Assembly: GCA_964016885.1 (NCBI GenBank)
Contig: OZ024741.1
Location: 291,028,001 to 291,092,000 of the forward strand
DNA from: Eledone cirrhosa
Taxonomy: Eukaryota
DNA: 64,000 nucleotides
Direction of reading: 5' to 3'
Made by a program: the position numbers and the translations under genes. The notes under the pieces were generated by a model. That model saw only the letters and a program-made list of their open reading frames with translations. It was not told the origin of the DNA and made no database searches. Of this stretch, positions 1 to 13,274 are shown in pieces. Numbering within the stretch: position 1 is the stretch's first letter; every line of letters starts with the position of its first letter.

Positions 1-899
1 CTAACATTGTTCCACTAAAGATGGCTTTTGGAAGGTTTATGGACCAATACTACTATTTAAATAACCACGAACACATACACAGAGAGAGAAAAAACAGTCT
101 CCACATACACAAGTATTTAAAGAAAGAGAGAGATGTATGTGAGTGTGTGTGTACCGACTCACATAAACATACGACAAATATACATTTACACTGGTTCATA
201 ACAACGTTTTATTGTCTTTCTCTACTTAAATTTATATATATATATATAAATTTATATATATATATATATATAATGAAGTCAATATGTTTTACTGTAGAGA
301 AAGGAATTTGGAATGCTTTTCTTTTTCATAACTTGTTTTTTCTACGATTTGTATTAATATTATTTCCTTATTTACTTATTTCTTGTTTACATTTTTATCC
401 TCATCTTTGTTTTATAATCTTATTCTTGTCAATACCGTGCTCACTGACGACCTTATCGCTTCGGCTGTTGTTGTTATTGGTGCGGTAAGTCTCGTTCATC
501 TTGCTTACGTTGAGGCCTTCTTCCGTATTTGTTACTATTATCGTTATTATTATTGTCGTTGCATTTTTTTCTCTTTTCGTTATTCTTGTTATTTGTGGTG
601 TTGTATTCCATTTATTAATACTGCACATTATTTATAGTAGCCATTGCTGGTGGTGTCGGTGATGGTGTTGGTAGCGGCTTTGATATATTTCTATAAATCC
701 TTTATTGTTTACATTGTAGTTGTTGTTGATTTTTGTTTTTTTGTACTTTCCTTGAGTTATTTGGTTGGTGGATTACTGTAACTTAACACGCCTAATGGGA
801 ACGTTGATGATGATGATGATGATGATGAGTATGGTAGCGGGGAAGGTGGTGCTGAAGATAATACTTTATTTTTATGTTTATTATTATTTTTGTACGGGA

Positions 900-1083
900 G
901 ATGGATTGGTAGTATCGGTAGAGAAATGGACAATATGCTTCGTGGCATAGAGTCACGACCGTCTGCGTTCTGAGTTCAAATCTCGCCGAGTTTAAGCACC
1001 AGTAATGTACTGATGTTGAATTAATCGACTTTCCTTTTCCCTTATCGCTGGTCATGTGCCAAAAGCAGAAACAATTATTATTA
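900..1083 (+). mobile_element. tRNA-derived SINE family A, internally deleted older copy
   Basis: A-box-like GGATTGGTAGTATCGGTAG, B-box GAGTTCAAATCT, and 3' end AGAAACAATTATTA shared with many copies in the window. Confidence 0.75.
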
Positions 1084-1086
1084 TCA

Positions 1087-1272
1087 TGGATTAGCAGTAT
1101 CGGTAGAGAGCCGGACGCCATGCTTTCCAGTATAGTTACGTCCCTTTACGGTCTGAGTTCAAATCCCGCCGAGGTTAACTTTGCCTTTCATCCTTACGGG
1201 GTCGATAAAATAAAGTACCAGTAATGCACTGGTTAATTGGTGGCCTTGAGCCAAAAGTAGAAACAATTATTA
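1087..1272 (+). mobile_element. tRNA-derived SINE family A, near full length
   Basis: Pol III A/B boxes (GAGTTCAAATCCC), central GCCTTTCATCCTTACGGGGTCGATAAAATAAAGTACCAG, (ATT)n tail; very similar to 13275-13458, 37313-37491 and 49219-49410. Confidence 0.9.
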
Positions 1273-1304
1273 GCATTGTAGTAGTAGTAGTAGTATATAT
1301 CCAT

Positions 1305-1440
1305 TTGGAAGCGGAGAGACGTGGTTTAGTTAGTGTGTTCGTTTCATGATCTTATGTTCATAAGATTGAATCCCGGTGGCGTGGAAAAACTTTGAGCAAA
1401 ACAATTTATTTCGTTGCTCCAGTCCATTCAGTTGGAAATA
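1305..1440 (+). mobile_element. tRNA-derived SINE family B (CORE-like centre), decayed
   Basis: tRNA-like head, then TTGAGCAAAACAATTTATTTCGTTGCTCCAGTCCATTCAG; similar to 9120 and 24433. Confidence 0.6.
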
Positions 1441-1691
1441 TAGTTTTGCCTTGTCTCTCACTCCACCAACACCTTCTTATCATGTATCAGACTGTGACCC
1501 TGGGTGAACCAGTAGTACCATCGATAGGGGTCGAAACTGCCAGATGTCCATCTCGAAAGCTGAAACCTTAAAGTACTGTGTCTTTCATTCGTATGTCTAT
1601 TTAAAAAGAAAATATTTTCGTTCTGCCTTGTTTTCGTTCATTGTCTTCTTTATTACTTTTCTTAAGTTTGTTTATATATATATATATATAT

Positions 1692-1822
1692 AAACACCTT
1701 TCGCCCTTCTATTATACCAATATATATATATATATTATATATATATAAACATTTTTCGCCCTTCTATTATACCAATACATATATATATAAACACTTTTCG
1801 CCCTATTATACCAGTATATATA
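1692..1822. repeat. Three copies of a ~28-bp unit (AAACACYTTTCGCCCTTCTATTATACCA) separated by (TA)-rich spacers
   Basis: Direct repeats at ~1692, ~1747 and ~1789. Confidence 0.85.
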
Positions 1823-2279
1823 TAAATGAACAAACAAACACCAGGATGCAATAACATGAAATATGTTAGTTTCACGCTTGGAGGAAGAAGAATGAAAAAT
1901 GAGTCACACACACAATTTGAAAACATGTGTGTATTAGAGGGAAGACGCTACAATGCAGATAAGTATAAATAATATTTGTACAAATCGGGTGGGCAAGTTT
2001 AATAATAAACAGATTGATGTGATTGGAGTGAAAGTTTCTCTTGTGGAGAGAGTGTGTGTGTTGGGGTGGGTTAGTTTGTGTGTGTAATTAAATTGACTTT
2101 CAGCTATAACTACGACGAAGTAAGTAGCAACAAGGAAGCGTGAAGGACATAATTACTGTCGGTAAAATGATAGGCACTTCATTTAGTGGACAAGGAAAGG
2201 TAAAGTTAGAGAGGAAATTGTTTTGTCAGTATATGTTTCCAACGTTTGATTAAACGGAGCGAGGGGAGGGTGTGTTTTT

Positions 2280-2670
2280 TAGACGTAGAGGAAGAAAATA
2301 GTATCTACTACAGTCGCTAGAACGTTTACGTTTAATTCAGATCCCACACTGCCGAGCTCCTTCCACATGAGCGGTGCGTCGGAGGCCCGTCTGAGGTGGG
2401 AGCCCCGTGATGTTGGGTGGCTGTTGCAGCGGGTGTCACTGGCCATCGTCCGGAGCAATGCTTTTGCCGTCTTGTCAGCGGGTCGCGGCACTTCTGCCCT
2501 AGGCCCAAAGCCCAATCACCTTCCCCCTTCATCCCTCCCCTCCCTTCTGCGATACCAGAGTTCTTGGCACTTCCCGTTCTTTTTTTTCTATATTTCCCTA
2601 TTCTTTCTTTCCTTTTATTTCCCATTTTTTAAAATTTTTTCTCACTAAATTTTTATTTTAATAATAAACA
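2280..2670 (+). mobile_element. 3' relic of a CRE-like non-LTR retrotransposon (end of restriction-like endonuclease plus 3' UTR)
   Basis: ORF 2367-2648 contains EPRDVGWLLQRVSLAIVRSNAFAVLSAG, matching the C-terminal W-L-x-QR-x-SLAI-x-RGNA motif of CRE-like elements; locally GC-rich. Confidence 0.7.
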
Positions 2671-3806
2671 GTATCTTATTAAAACAAAACAAAAAAAATA
2701 TTTCATTTACCACAAAGGTGCCATACAGATGAAGGGGAGAGTGCTAAAGCAGGTGACCGAATGTGGAGGAAAACACACACACAAACACACACGTACATGA
2801 TGAAACATGCAACAGGGGGGCTACTAAAATAGAGGGACCTCATGGATCAACGGTCATCTTGATCACCGAGGACAAGTGCACTCATCAAGAAGAAAACTTA
2901 TTTTCAAAACTACCGTCTTATGCTGAGCGTAGAACCATTCTCATGTTACCACCCACCCCACAATTTAAAAAGAAATTACTAGAGGCGATGCCAGTCTCGA
3001 AATGGTAATGCCACTTTCTACCACTTCCATGCGAAAACGTTTAGTAAATTGCTTATATTCCCAATATGAAATTTCTCTAAAAGAACTTTTTCAGACTGGC
3101 TTCTTCAATGCCGTTGACCGCCTCCACCCATTGTCACTCATGTCCTTCACAAACGGTCTATAACTTGCAAGTGTTGTTTCCCTGACGCTGATCCTGTAAT
3201 CTAGCGAGGAAAATCCCGTGACCATCTTGAATCACTCAAGATGAGAAACATTTCCTTTATTAGCCAAAACGGCGAACGTCTATGGGTATAATAGAAAGGC
3301 AGAAAGGAACACTAAGTAGGATTTACATCGAGCAACGTTTAGAGGAAATCAATGCAGTGAAAGTGTAGATGTAACAATACCAATAGTACATAGTATTAAT
3401 GATTTATTTTATTGGCCACAATATACAAAGACATTTGTGACAATGTATGGACCAAAACCAAGAAAGGGAAAAGAACATTAATAACGGGAAAACAGTAGAT
3501 ATAGGAATAATTGTAATAAATACTCACGATAACATTACAAAACAAAAACAAATGTTGGGTAAGAGCAATTCCTGAATAGCAGGGTATTGCGCTTTAGCGT
3601 ACCTCCAGAGCCAAGCTCCACACAAAATGTTTCCCTGACGCCGATCCTATAAATTAGCAAAGAAAATGTTGTTGCGTCATAAGCATTGAAGGTGCTTTTC
3701 GCGGTTCCGTCCCTCCTACTTAGAAAAGTTTATTCAGAGTAGGTTCACACGGTTTAATCAATCTCGTCACTCGGACTCATTTTTCATAAAAACCTTTCAT
3801 CTAGAG

Positions 3807-4197
3807 CAGTGGTTCTTAACCTTTTTCTATCGTGGCACCACTTGAGATTTTGGAATTCCATCCCGTACCCCTAGGCCTAACGCATAATACAAAAGAACTT
3901 GCATTTTCAAATTATCAGCTACTTAGCTGATCCCGCCGAGGTTAACTTTGCCTTTCACCCTTCCGGGGTCGATAAAATAAAGTACCAGTAATGTACTGGG
4001 TAATTGCTGGCCTTGTGCCTAAATTAGAAACAATTATTTAATTAAGTATCTACTATGATTAATAAAATTAACAGAAAATATCTCATCAAACACAGAATGA
4101 TGAGAATTTAAAAAAAGGTTTTCTGGACTTCTGCTCGCACCAAGAAATAATCTTCCACCCCATGGGGGATGCCGACACTCCAAGTTAAGAACCACTG
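3807..4197. mobile_element. hAT (Charlie-like) non-autonomous element with a nested SINE fragment
   Basis: TIRs CAGTGGTTCTTAAC / GTTAAGAACCACTG; left flank ATCTAGAG fits the NTCTAGAN target preference, right flank TTCCAAAG is degenerate. Confidence 0.75.
3929..4037 (+). mobile_element. 5'-truncated SINE family A inside the hAT element
   Basis: ATCCCGCCGAGGTTAAC...AGAAACAATTAT. Confidence 0.85.
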
Positions 4198-4879
4198 TTC
4201 CAAAGCAAGATAACAGTTCCACTTACACTATAGACATTGCTGATATCCAATGCTGTCTTACACGTGATATCAATTGTTCGACTCAATCTCACAAGTCTGT
4301 TGTTCTGTAAGACTTATGCGAAATTTTGTTTTAAGAATTTCAATAATTCCTGACCTGAAAGTACTCCAGAAAAAAAAAACTTCAACAAGGCTAAGAAACC
4401 CTAATATAATTCTAAGATACCCCTTCCCATTAAATGGTTCAAATATATGCGCAAATTTCTTCACTGGTACTATATTTTATTCACCTCAGAAGGAAGAAAA
4501 GCTAGGCTTATACTTCCATAGCGGTACCAGATGTGTGTGTGCGTCGTGGGGAATAACAAGGACATATTACAAAGTAGTGGAATGTTATGGTGGTGGGAGT
4601 CATTTTATCTATCATAACAACCCACAAAAAAGTAACAAGGCAAATAAACGTTTTTAATTTTCTGCTTTTTGTCTTAATAAGCATTCATGCCCTTTCTCCT
4701 ACATTGGTAGGAAAAAGGGAAGAATCTAACTTCTGATCGGAAACCTGGTCTGAGTGCTTGCATCAGAGTAGACTCCACTAAGGTGATCCATGTGTTAGGT
4801 GGTGGTATTAAATCAGTTGACGGATTAAACATTCCACCCAAGAACAGGAACGCTCACTCCTAACAGGGTTCGACATAGT

Positions 4880-5020
4880 GAGTGAAGGTAGATGTAAACT
4901 GGAGGGATACATTAATTCTAGATACACCATGTCTGAAATACAGGCGGGATGGTCAAAACTGGAATGTCTTGGCTAATAAATCTTTGTCTTATCAGAAGTA
5001 ACCTGGGTATAAACAGAAAC
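4880..5020 (+). mobile_element. Interspersed repeat family E (3' part); related decayed copies near 5490-5580, 5695-5760(-), 8280-8540, 10420-10560, 10700-10860, 11975-12260, 33915-34120(-), 38090-38230(-)
   Basis: Recurrent motif ...CTAGATACAC...GGGATGGTCA...CTGGAATG...GACCTGGG..TAAACAACAAC. Confidence 0.55.
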
Positions 5021-5774
5021 AGAAATAACACAAAATAACATTTTGGAAACTATCGATTGAACAGAGGCCGACATGTTTGGAAGTTTGCCAAGCAGGAAGT
5101 AGTTGGCATACTGTAGAATATAGAGGTCAGAGAAGTTCGGCAGTTTGTATGTAAATGACACAAAATTTTGAAATATTATGTGGACAGTCCATCATCACCA
5201 TCGCCTTTGTCGATGTCATCGTCACCATTATCCCCATCATAACTTTTACCATTGTTACAATTGACACAACCATTGCAGATGGCGGACAAAATAACATGCA
5301 GTATATTTTCTGTATTTTTCTATTAAGTGCAATAACTCCCAAGGTGTCTTTGCCTTTCACCCTTCCTTGAGCGATAAAATGAAACATCAATGATTGATTT
5401 CACGTTATAAATTTCTAGATCTTACATTACAAACTATTGTTAGTACCGTCATCATCATTACTACCATTATTGCGCTAAGTTGAGAAATCGGCAGCTAGAA
5501 ATAACAACCAAACATCCTTCAAATCACAGACTATCTATTAAACAGACTGACTAGGCGAGATGGTCACAATTTGAAAGTCGTATTGACAATGAGAGCAATA
5601 ATCATCATTCTTGTCATCATTGTGTATGTCATTGTAGTAGACAGCATCATAATCTTCATCATCATCATTATCATCATTATCAGCGTCGATAGTAAATTGT
5701 TTAGTCCAAGATCAACATTGATCGAAAAGACCACCTATGATCAAAAGTATTCTCGACATGACAAACATGATTTT

Positions 5775-6285
5775 ATTATTATTAATATTATTATTTTGTC
5801 ACGCAGTGTAAATGAAAACAGTCATCTGTCAAGTCACAAGAAGAACCTCAGGCAATACTTTCCGTAAAATGTGTGAAGTACCGACCAAGGCTGATTTTCT
5901 ATGACACCATCTTGCATGGTATTCCCAACTGCTTTAAGACGTTTTGAAGTTTCAATAGCATTAAAGCTAATGTCCCGTTTACAACTGGTATCACTTTTAT
6001 ATTACTATTTCGCATTGTATTCCAGACTGACTTGCCATCTCTACTTTCAATTCTGAGTACTTCGTTTTCTTTTTTTGTTTTTCTTTTAACCACTTTACTC
6101 ACAATATTCATGTCATTTGGTATGGCTATGTTTGTGATCATTGACATTCTTGTTCAATACGACAATGTCCGTTAGCGATGCTCAATTATTCTATCAATCT
6201 GAAAGTCATAATCCCAGAATATCGATACTTTCCCATTCTCCTGCTTTACTTTACAAGGCTCATTCTCATACCAATTCTCTATTTT
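5775..6285 (-). mobile_element. 3' relic of an R4/Dong-clade non-LTR retrotransposon (restriction-like endonuclease region, frameshifted)
   Basis: Minus strand reads WYENEPCKV..ENGKVSIFWDYDFQIDRIIEHR../DIVVLNK../IAIPNDMNI../KVIPVVNGTL../KSALVGTSHILRKVL, followed by a (TAA)n-like tail at ~5775-5795. Confidence 0.85.
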
Positions 6286-6313
6286 TTTTTCTTATTGGTT
6301 TAAGATTATTGTG

Positions 6314-6553
6314 TGGAGGATTGAAAGTATCGGTAGAGCGTCGGACAACATGCTTTGTGGCAGAGTTTCGGTCCTTTGCGTTATTACTTCAAATAACACC
6401 GAGGTTACCTTTGCGTTTCATCCTTACGGGGTCGATAAAATAAGACACCAGTAATGCACTGGGGTAGATTTAATCTACTTTCCCCTGTCCCAAAATTACT
6501 GGTCTTGTGTAGAAACAATTATTTTCATTTGCGTTAAAAGTAGAAACAATTAT
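6314..6553 (+). mobile_element. SINE family A, long variant
   Basis: Head, central domain, extra GATTTAATCTACTTTCCCC segment, duplicated GTAGAAACAATTATTTTCAT end. Confidence 0.8.
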
Positions 6554-6750
6554 TTTCATATCTAAGTTGTCTGCATTGGGCAGTGTGTTTTTCTTTCATT
6601 AGAACAGTAACGTGAAATTTGCAGGAGATTTGGTAGATGTTCTTGGCAGGTCGAACAAATACAAAGTTTCCCATATTCATACATGATTTGTGTTGTATGT
6701 GCTACTATGGTGGTAACGGTGGTGGTGGTGGTGGTGGTGGTGACGGTGAT

Positions 6751-6781
<31 letters not shown>

Positions 6782-7109
6782 TTGTTGGTGGTGGTGGTGG
6801 GGACCAATGACATAGTTGCAGAGGAAGGGGATGTAAGGTTATAAGGTTTGGATTTAATAGGAAAGATTTTTCTGTAGGAGTGGCCTGAGCTGGTTTACAC
6901 AACCAGGAAAGAGGAAAAAATGGCAATGAGTGCGTATGCATTCATGTGTAAGATTCATTCTCTCTCAAACACATATACATGAAATATGTATATATACATA
7001 TGTATGTGCGTGTGTGTGTGTACATACGTACACAAATACACATATGACCGAGACCTATGTTGTGTGGACATGTATCACTGTTTATGTAAGAGCGTATAGG
7101 TCCGCGCGC

Positions 7110-7111
<2 letters not shown>

Positions 7112-7185
<74 letters not shown>
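7112..7185. repeat. (TG)n microsatellite
   Basis: Direct reading. Confidence 0.97.
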
Positions 7186-7189
<4 letters not shown>

Positions 7190-7373
7190 ATGTGTGAGCG
7201 TCTCTGTATGTTTATATACGAATATATGCGTGGTGTTTTGTTAGATAATGCAAAGGTATTTACGGAAATTACTAAGTAAACATCAGGCATGTGAATAATT
7301 GCAAAATTATACGACCTGAATCTCTAAAGAAGAGAGAAATTATCGGATACGTAATAGGAAGTCCATAATAACC

Positions 7374-7405
7374 ATATATATATATATGTATATACATATA
7401 TATAT

Positions 7406-7477
<72 letters not shown>

Positions 7478-7482
7478 TATAT
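7374..7482. repeat. (TA)n/(CA)n microsatellite
   Basis: Direct reading. Confidence 0.95.
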
Positions 7483-9119
7483 AATGGCTTTTTGTTTTGG
7501 CGCAAAGCCAGAAAATTTCAGGGTTGGACATGATGCAGGCGAATATTTAATTCCAGTAAATATCTGCTAGTTAGATTAACTCTCATGGTGAGGATGAAAC
7601 CTATTGTCGACATGGCCTGGATTAGAAGTCAGAACATTTGATACAATGCTTTATCGATCATGCTAATCTACAAACCTTTGAATTCTATTGTCCTATGGTA
7701 ACCGTTTTAAGAAATATATTTTCTTCTAGAATTAATACAAGACCACATAGTTTAGGTAAGGTTAAAAGATTGGGCAATTATATCGAGCTAAATGCTTCAT
7801 CTGGAAAGATGAAGCGAAAATTTGACTTAAGTGGGTCATTGTGTATATTGTTGTTTGTGTTTTGTTACCCGCTCTTCTGGTACTTCACTTGTGTGAATAA
7901 ACGATAACGCGAAACTTATCCACAATTCAATTCACAAAGTTTCACTGTCAAATATCATATTCACAATACTTTATATATTGATTAATTTTCTCAGGTTTTT
8001 TGTTTTAACATTTGGGCAAGAGTGTTGTACTATAACCTCAAGTCTATCCAAGCCGTAATATCGAAATTGGGTACAGAGAAACTGTATGGAAATACACGCA
8101 AAGGGCATTATCTGTTTTGTTCTGTCGTCGGTTTGTTTGTTAAACATCCATGCCTTGGGTTCACGTGACTCATTTAACAGACATTCTAACAAGGTCCCCG
8201 GCCTTTAGATGGATTAACTCGATATATAGATACGCAGTTTCATACTATACAACCTAGGATTCATTGAGACAACATAAAGACTCAATCTGATAGAAAAAGC
8301 AGCCAAGTTTTCCCTCAAATCACACACTAAAAAAGAACAACATGCTCGACTCACAAGGAAAAAACGATATGGTGGAAGGTAGTACACCTTTGATCATATG
8401 TTACCAAATAAAGGTTGACCTAGGGATGAACAACAACAACACCTAAAACCAAATTGGATTATTGTATCATAGAACACGAATAGTGCTGGAATACATTTGT
8501 TCTCAAGTCTGTTCGGTCACCTGCGGCTAAACAACAACAATAAAGGAGTCGTGTGGTTTTCTTTTCCTCTTCCCTTCCTCCCACTAGTGTTTGGGACCCT
8601 AAAAAGATCACGTGTACAGCCCTTCTTTCTTCTATGACGAGGCCATAAAGCCATTCATTAATCCGGCGTGTTGAAGTTCAAGACACTGAATTGGAGGCAG
8701 TCATTTGACAGCAATATAGAAACAAACACAGCTGTTTTCATTACATCACACTAATAACAGTAATTAATTTGTGTGTCTATATGTATGTGTATGTGTCTAT
8801 GTGGGTTTGGGTTTGTATCTACCAATGTGCGTGTGTGTGTATGTGAATGTGTATGAATCACGGTGTGTGTGTGTGTATGTGTGTGTGTGCGTGTGTGCGT
8901 GTGTGCGTGTGTGCGTGTGTGCGTGTGTGCGTGTCTGACTATGTAACAGATAGCGAATGAACACATGAAATGTATCTAAACGGAGGTGTAGGGGAGGATG
9001 AGAGTGTAGTAGATAACTTGGTGGTGGTGATGCTGGTGGCAGTAATTTGTGTTGTGATAGTGGAGGGGTTTCAGAAATGGTAGTTGTGGGGGAAGTGGTA
9101 GTTTTTCGTTCTCTTTGTT

Positions 9120-9505
9120 TGGTGAAGAAGCGTGTATTTTGTCGTTAGTGTCTTCAGTTCACGATCTTAAGCTTGTGACTTCAATTCCAAGTGTTGTGTC
9201 CTTGAGCAAGGCACTTTCACTTTGCGCCAGTCCACGGAGTTGTACAAATAGTTGTACCCGAGAATCAAAACGCCGATTTTGTCAAGATGGACCTCCCTGC
9301 GAATTACATTAAGGAAAAGGTAGTACCTGTAATTCAAATGGCTAGCCTTGCCACAACCTGAATCACGCTGAATCGTTTTGAGGTCTACTCTACGTTAAAA
9401 GTACACATCTGTGGAATGCTCAGCCACTTCCACAATAATTTCAGGGGTGCCGCGTTGGTCAAACAACTGCAACACTCGTCGTCGGAACTGACAGAAGTTC
9501 AACCG
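9120..9505 (+). mobile_element. SINE family B (CORE-like) with long 3' tail D
   Basis: GTGTTGTGTCCTTGAGCAAGGCACTTT core, then tail GTACCTGTAATTCAAA...TCTGTGGAATGCTCAGCCACTT also seen at 19925, 35778 and 48040. Confidence 0.7.
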
Positions 9506-9761
9506 CAACAAGTTATCTTCTGTTGGCTGTTTGTGGGTAAAATACTAATACAAACAACATTCTCAGTTAAAACACTATTGTTGTTGTTATTGTTACAACA
9601 GAGTTAGTAAAACCTTATGTCGTCATTGGCATTGTCATCTTGTCAAATGTAGCGATGACGGGATAGATAATAATGGTGATCAGTGCACCACCTTCATTTA
9701 ATAACACGGCAATTGATTTTTCTTTCTTTCTTGTAATCTAATAAGCTATAATAAATGCAAC

Positions 9762-9800
<39 letters not shown>
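9762..9800. repeat. (GTA)n microsatellite
   Basis: Direct reading. Confidence 0.95.
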
Positions 9801-9802
<2 letters not shown>

Positions 9803-11199
9803 CGGCAGCAGTAGCACAGAAGAAGAGAGTTGTTACATAAAGAGCGATGTAAGATATATGTTAAATGAAGTTAAATACAAATTTGAAAATGAGAGAATCC
9901 TAAAGACAGAAATTAACAATATCATCAATAGACCACTATAAATGATAGTTAATAAAATCGAGTAAATTAGCCTTAGAAACAGGAAAAACTGGACAGCGGT
10001 GAATACGAGTCTATTTTCTATATTAATGGACTATTAGAATTATTTTATGCGTCTGGGACTCATACACTTTCAAATTCTAAACACCCCATAAAATGTTAAA
10101 AACTTTGCAGAACATCATTTAAATGATGCGTTAGCTAATAGAATGATAATATGAACTGTTAGTACAATAATATACTAAGTTGTATAAAATGTTATCTCTC
10201 ACCGACTTAATGTCATGAATGTGTCTCTTAAAAACATGATTGGAAGTAAATTTTACTCTTTCTACAAGTGATAGCTCAGTACTGTGTGCAAGTGACAGAG
10301 AACCAGTATAATGTGTGTTTTACCAATAACACCAGTCGAAATACAAGAAACAAGACCATAAGTAAACATTTAATTGGTCTCTCGATCTAGAAATAAAATC
10401 CAAGCGTATGGACAGCAAACTGTTTTGTAAAGATAAGAGCACATCAAATAATGCATTTCTTCAAAGTCTATACCTGAAAAAAATATACGACTGACGGGGT
10501 AGAGACATATTTCATCATAGATCTATTTGACAATGGTTCATCTGAGGCTAAACAATAAAAAGAAGACATGCCACCAGCATCACCATAAACAAACCAAAAA
10601 GATCATTTTTATAACACTAACACCATACACACAACGACAACTATTACACTAACATTAACAACAATAATATCAGTCAACGGAGTGACCATTACATGGTGCC
10701 TCGTCCTGCTAGTAGTACTATAGATTTCTCCCTTAAATTACACATTACTGTCAAGAAAAAGGATGACAGATTTACCAATGTAAATCTAGATTTACCAAAG
10801 ACAGGATAGCCTGAGCTAGAATACCTTTGAATAAATGCATGCTCATGCTAAAATTTAACAACATCAGCGCCTTATTCGAGACCAACAACAATCGTTTTGT
10901 TGCTGATGGTTTAGTTGCGTTTCCTCACCATTTTCTGGGGGGGGGGGGGGGGTGACATAAGAAAAAAAAATTGCATGTGATGTCAACTGCCCTAACCATC
11001 TAACACATGCACCCAGCCAACCAAATATTTAAAAGTACATGCAGCTGATTAGCCATCAAATCAAATCGACTAACCAATTGAACATCCAGCTAGTTATCCA
11101 ATCAAGTGATTGATCTGGCAATTAATTGACCAAACAATCAATTGATCAGTCAGCAGATTCACCACCGAATGAATTTACATAAGACCAACCAAGTAGTTG

Positions 11200-11500
11200 A
11201 TCTATAAAGTGCTTACCAATGTGTCCGAACACGGAAGTGTCGAACTCCCACTGTCATCGTCTCCAACTCCTTCCCCATCTCTCTGTATTATGAGCAAATG
11301 GGATCCCACGTGTTGGCCGCCCCACAGCCCCGGCGGACAGAATAGAGAAGGCATTTCCCGGAGGATAGTAAGGGAGATGCGCTGGAAGATCCATTCCATC
11401 TCGCGAGGCTTAGACCTGCGGCTGGCCAGCTCAGCGCCTATGGTGTCAATTGACCAAGTACTCTCCCGTCCCCAATAATATGGGTGTTGGAATAAACGGG
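11200..11500 (-). mobile_element. Second 3' relic of a CRE-like non-LTR retrotransposon
   Basis: Minus strand reads LLGRESTWSIDTIGAELASRRSKPREMEWIFQRISLTILR/(frameshift)NAFSILSAG, paralleling 2367-2480. Confidence 0.75.
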
Positions 11501-12266
11501 TGAGGTTGGATATTTGCTTAAATTATTATAAGCAGGGAAGGGGGAGATAAACGGTGGTGGTGGTTGGGGTGGGGTGGGAGGTTTAATTGTATAGTGTACT
11601 TTCGTAAATATAGGATTTCTTGTAATGTTCATTTATTTTACATTAAAAACATTATGTATGGCAAAAATTATTATTAGATTCGCCAGCTACTCTATCAATA
11701 TGAATCACGATAAAATTTCGCCATAGATAGATTAGCAGCATTTAATGAGCGGGGTGGGTGGGTTGCGTGTGGAATAAATAAAGGGGGGGGGAGGGTCTGA
11801 AAAATTAATAAGGGCGAGGCTGGGTCATTATTCAAAACCTCAGTAAATAACCTGATAGTTTACCTATTATTCATTTGACCAGTCCACAGATAATATGAAC
11901 ATTCAAGAATTCAACCAATGGCCCTAGTTTGACCAACAGCACAAACTAACTGGGGACTTAATACGTAAGCAAACCATCTGCTATAAATAGCAGTCAAATG
12001 TCATAGAAATTAAACAGAATCATCTTTAAAAGTGCAGAGTCCATTGGAAATGAAGTACTAGAAATATGATGTATAATATTTGTTAGGCTAGTCCCAGCGG
12101 GAGTGTTCAAATCACATCATACCATCATTGAAGTAGACATGCTGGATAATGTGGTAGTAGTAGTAATATTAGTAGGATAACTACTGATAGAAAAATGGTG
12201 GAATGGTCACATCTAGAATGTCTGATCATACATATATTCAGTCAGGGCTGACCTAGTGATATATAT

Positions 12267-12675
12267 CAACAGTAGGCACAGCACGATTGCAGCAGTAACA
12301 ATAATATTAGGAACAACAACAACAACATTCGCAGACTCGGCAGCAACAGCAGCTCGGAAACACCAAGAGGAACAATCACAACAACAACAACAACAACAAC
12401 GTTAATAGAAGCAATAACAATCACAAAAAACAACCACAAAAGCAACAACAAAAACGTCAACAACACCATTAACAACAGAAGGAGGAACAGTCAGAAATCT
12501 CCACAAGAGCAGCACAACTAACAGAAGCAGCAACAACACTAACGACCGAAGCAGTAACACCAACAGGAGCAATAACAACAACAAGAACAACATCACTAAC
12601 GACAGCAGCAGCAGCAAGTACAACAGAACAGTGGTTGGGCAGAATAACTCCACAACATATCACATACCACCACAA
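12267..12675. repeat. Degenerate (CAA/CAG)n low-complexity tract
   Basis: Direct reading; explains the Leu/Val-rich minus-strand ORFs. Confidence 0.85.
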
Positions 12676-13068
12676 GAAGCCCCCCCCCCTCACACACTCA
12701 TTGATTCTCTCTTTCTCCCCCTCTCGATGTTTATACACCTAACCCACCTAACATGTAGTTGATTTGTGCTGAAAGATTATGGAGCTATGTCTGGTATGTA
12801 CTGTCTATATAAACAAACATCTCATTAAACACGTCTACTACTACACACACACATATGCACAGTCACACGTATATATACCAATATAAGCACATATTGTACT
12901 ACACTATATTATATACATATATATGCATCATCATAGGTACAAAAATATTTACACCGCTCCACCAATTTATTTATATATATACACATACATACATATATAT
13001 ACACATACATACATATACACATACATACATATATATAGACATGCATACATATATATATACATACATAC

Positions 13069-13268
13069 ACAGGAATTGGTACAAACGAAAGAAAACAGCA
13101 ATCAACACATTGCGGAAGTCGAGAACAATTTTATTAACAATTTCACTTAAATCCACATTTCCATTGGTTTCAAGACGTGAACATCTATGCCATCAGATGC
13201 ACCTACTGACATAGATGTGTTCACGCCTCGAAACCAATGGTAATACTGAGTTAAGTCAACCTATTAAT
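13069..13268 (-). mobile_element. Old PLE-like terminal fragment with fold-back hairpin containing a half-hammerhead
   Basis: Inverted arms 13161-13189/13210-13240; arms carry GAAACCAATGG(TA); bounded by TA-rich simple repeats. Confidence 0.5.
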
Positions 13269-13274
13269 ATAATA

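Noticed and set aside
2700-2990. Possible 3' end of an L1/Tx1-like LINE on the minus strand
   Set aside because: Only a vague resemblance, with no unambiguous protein motif.
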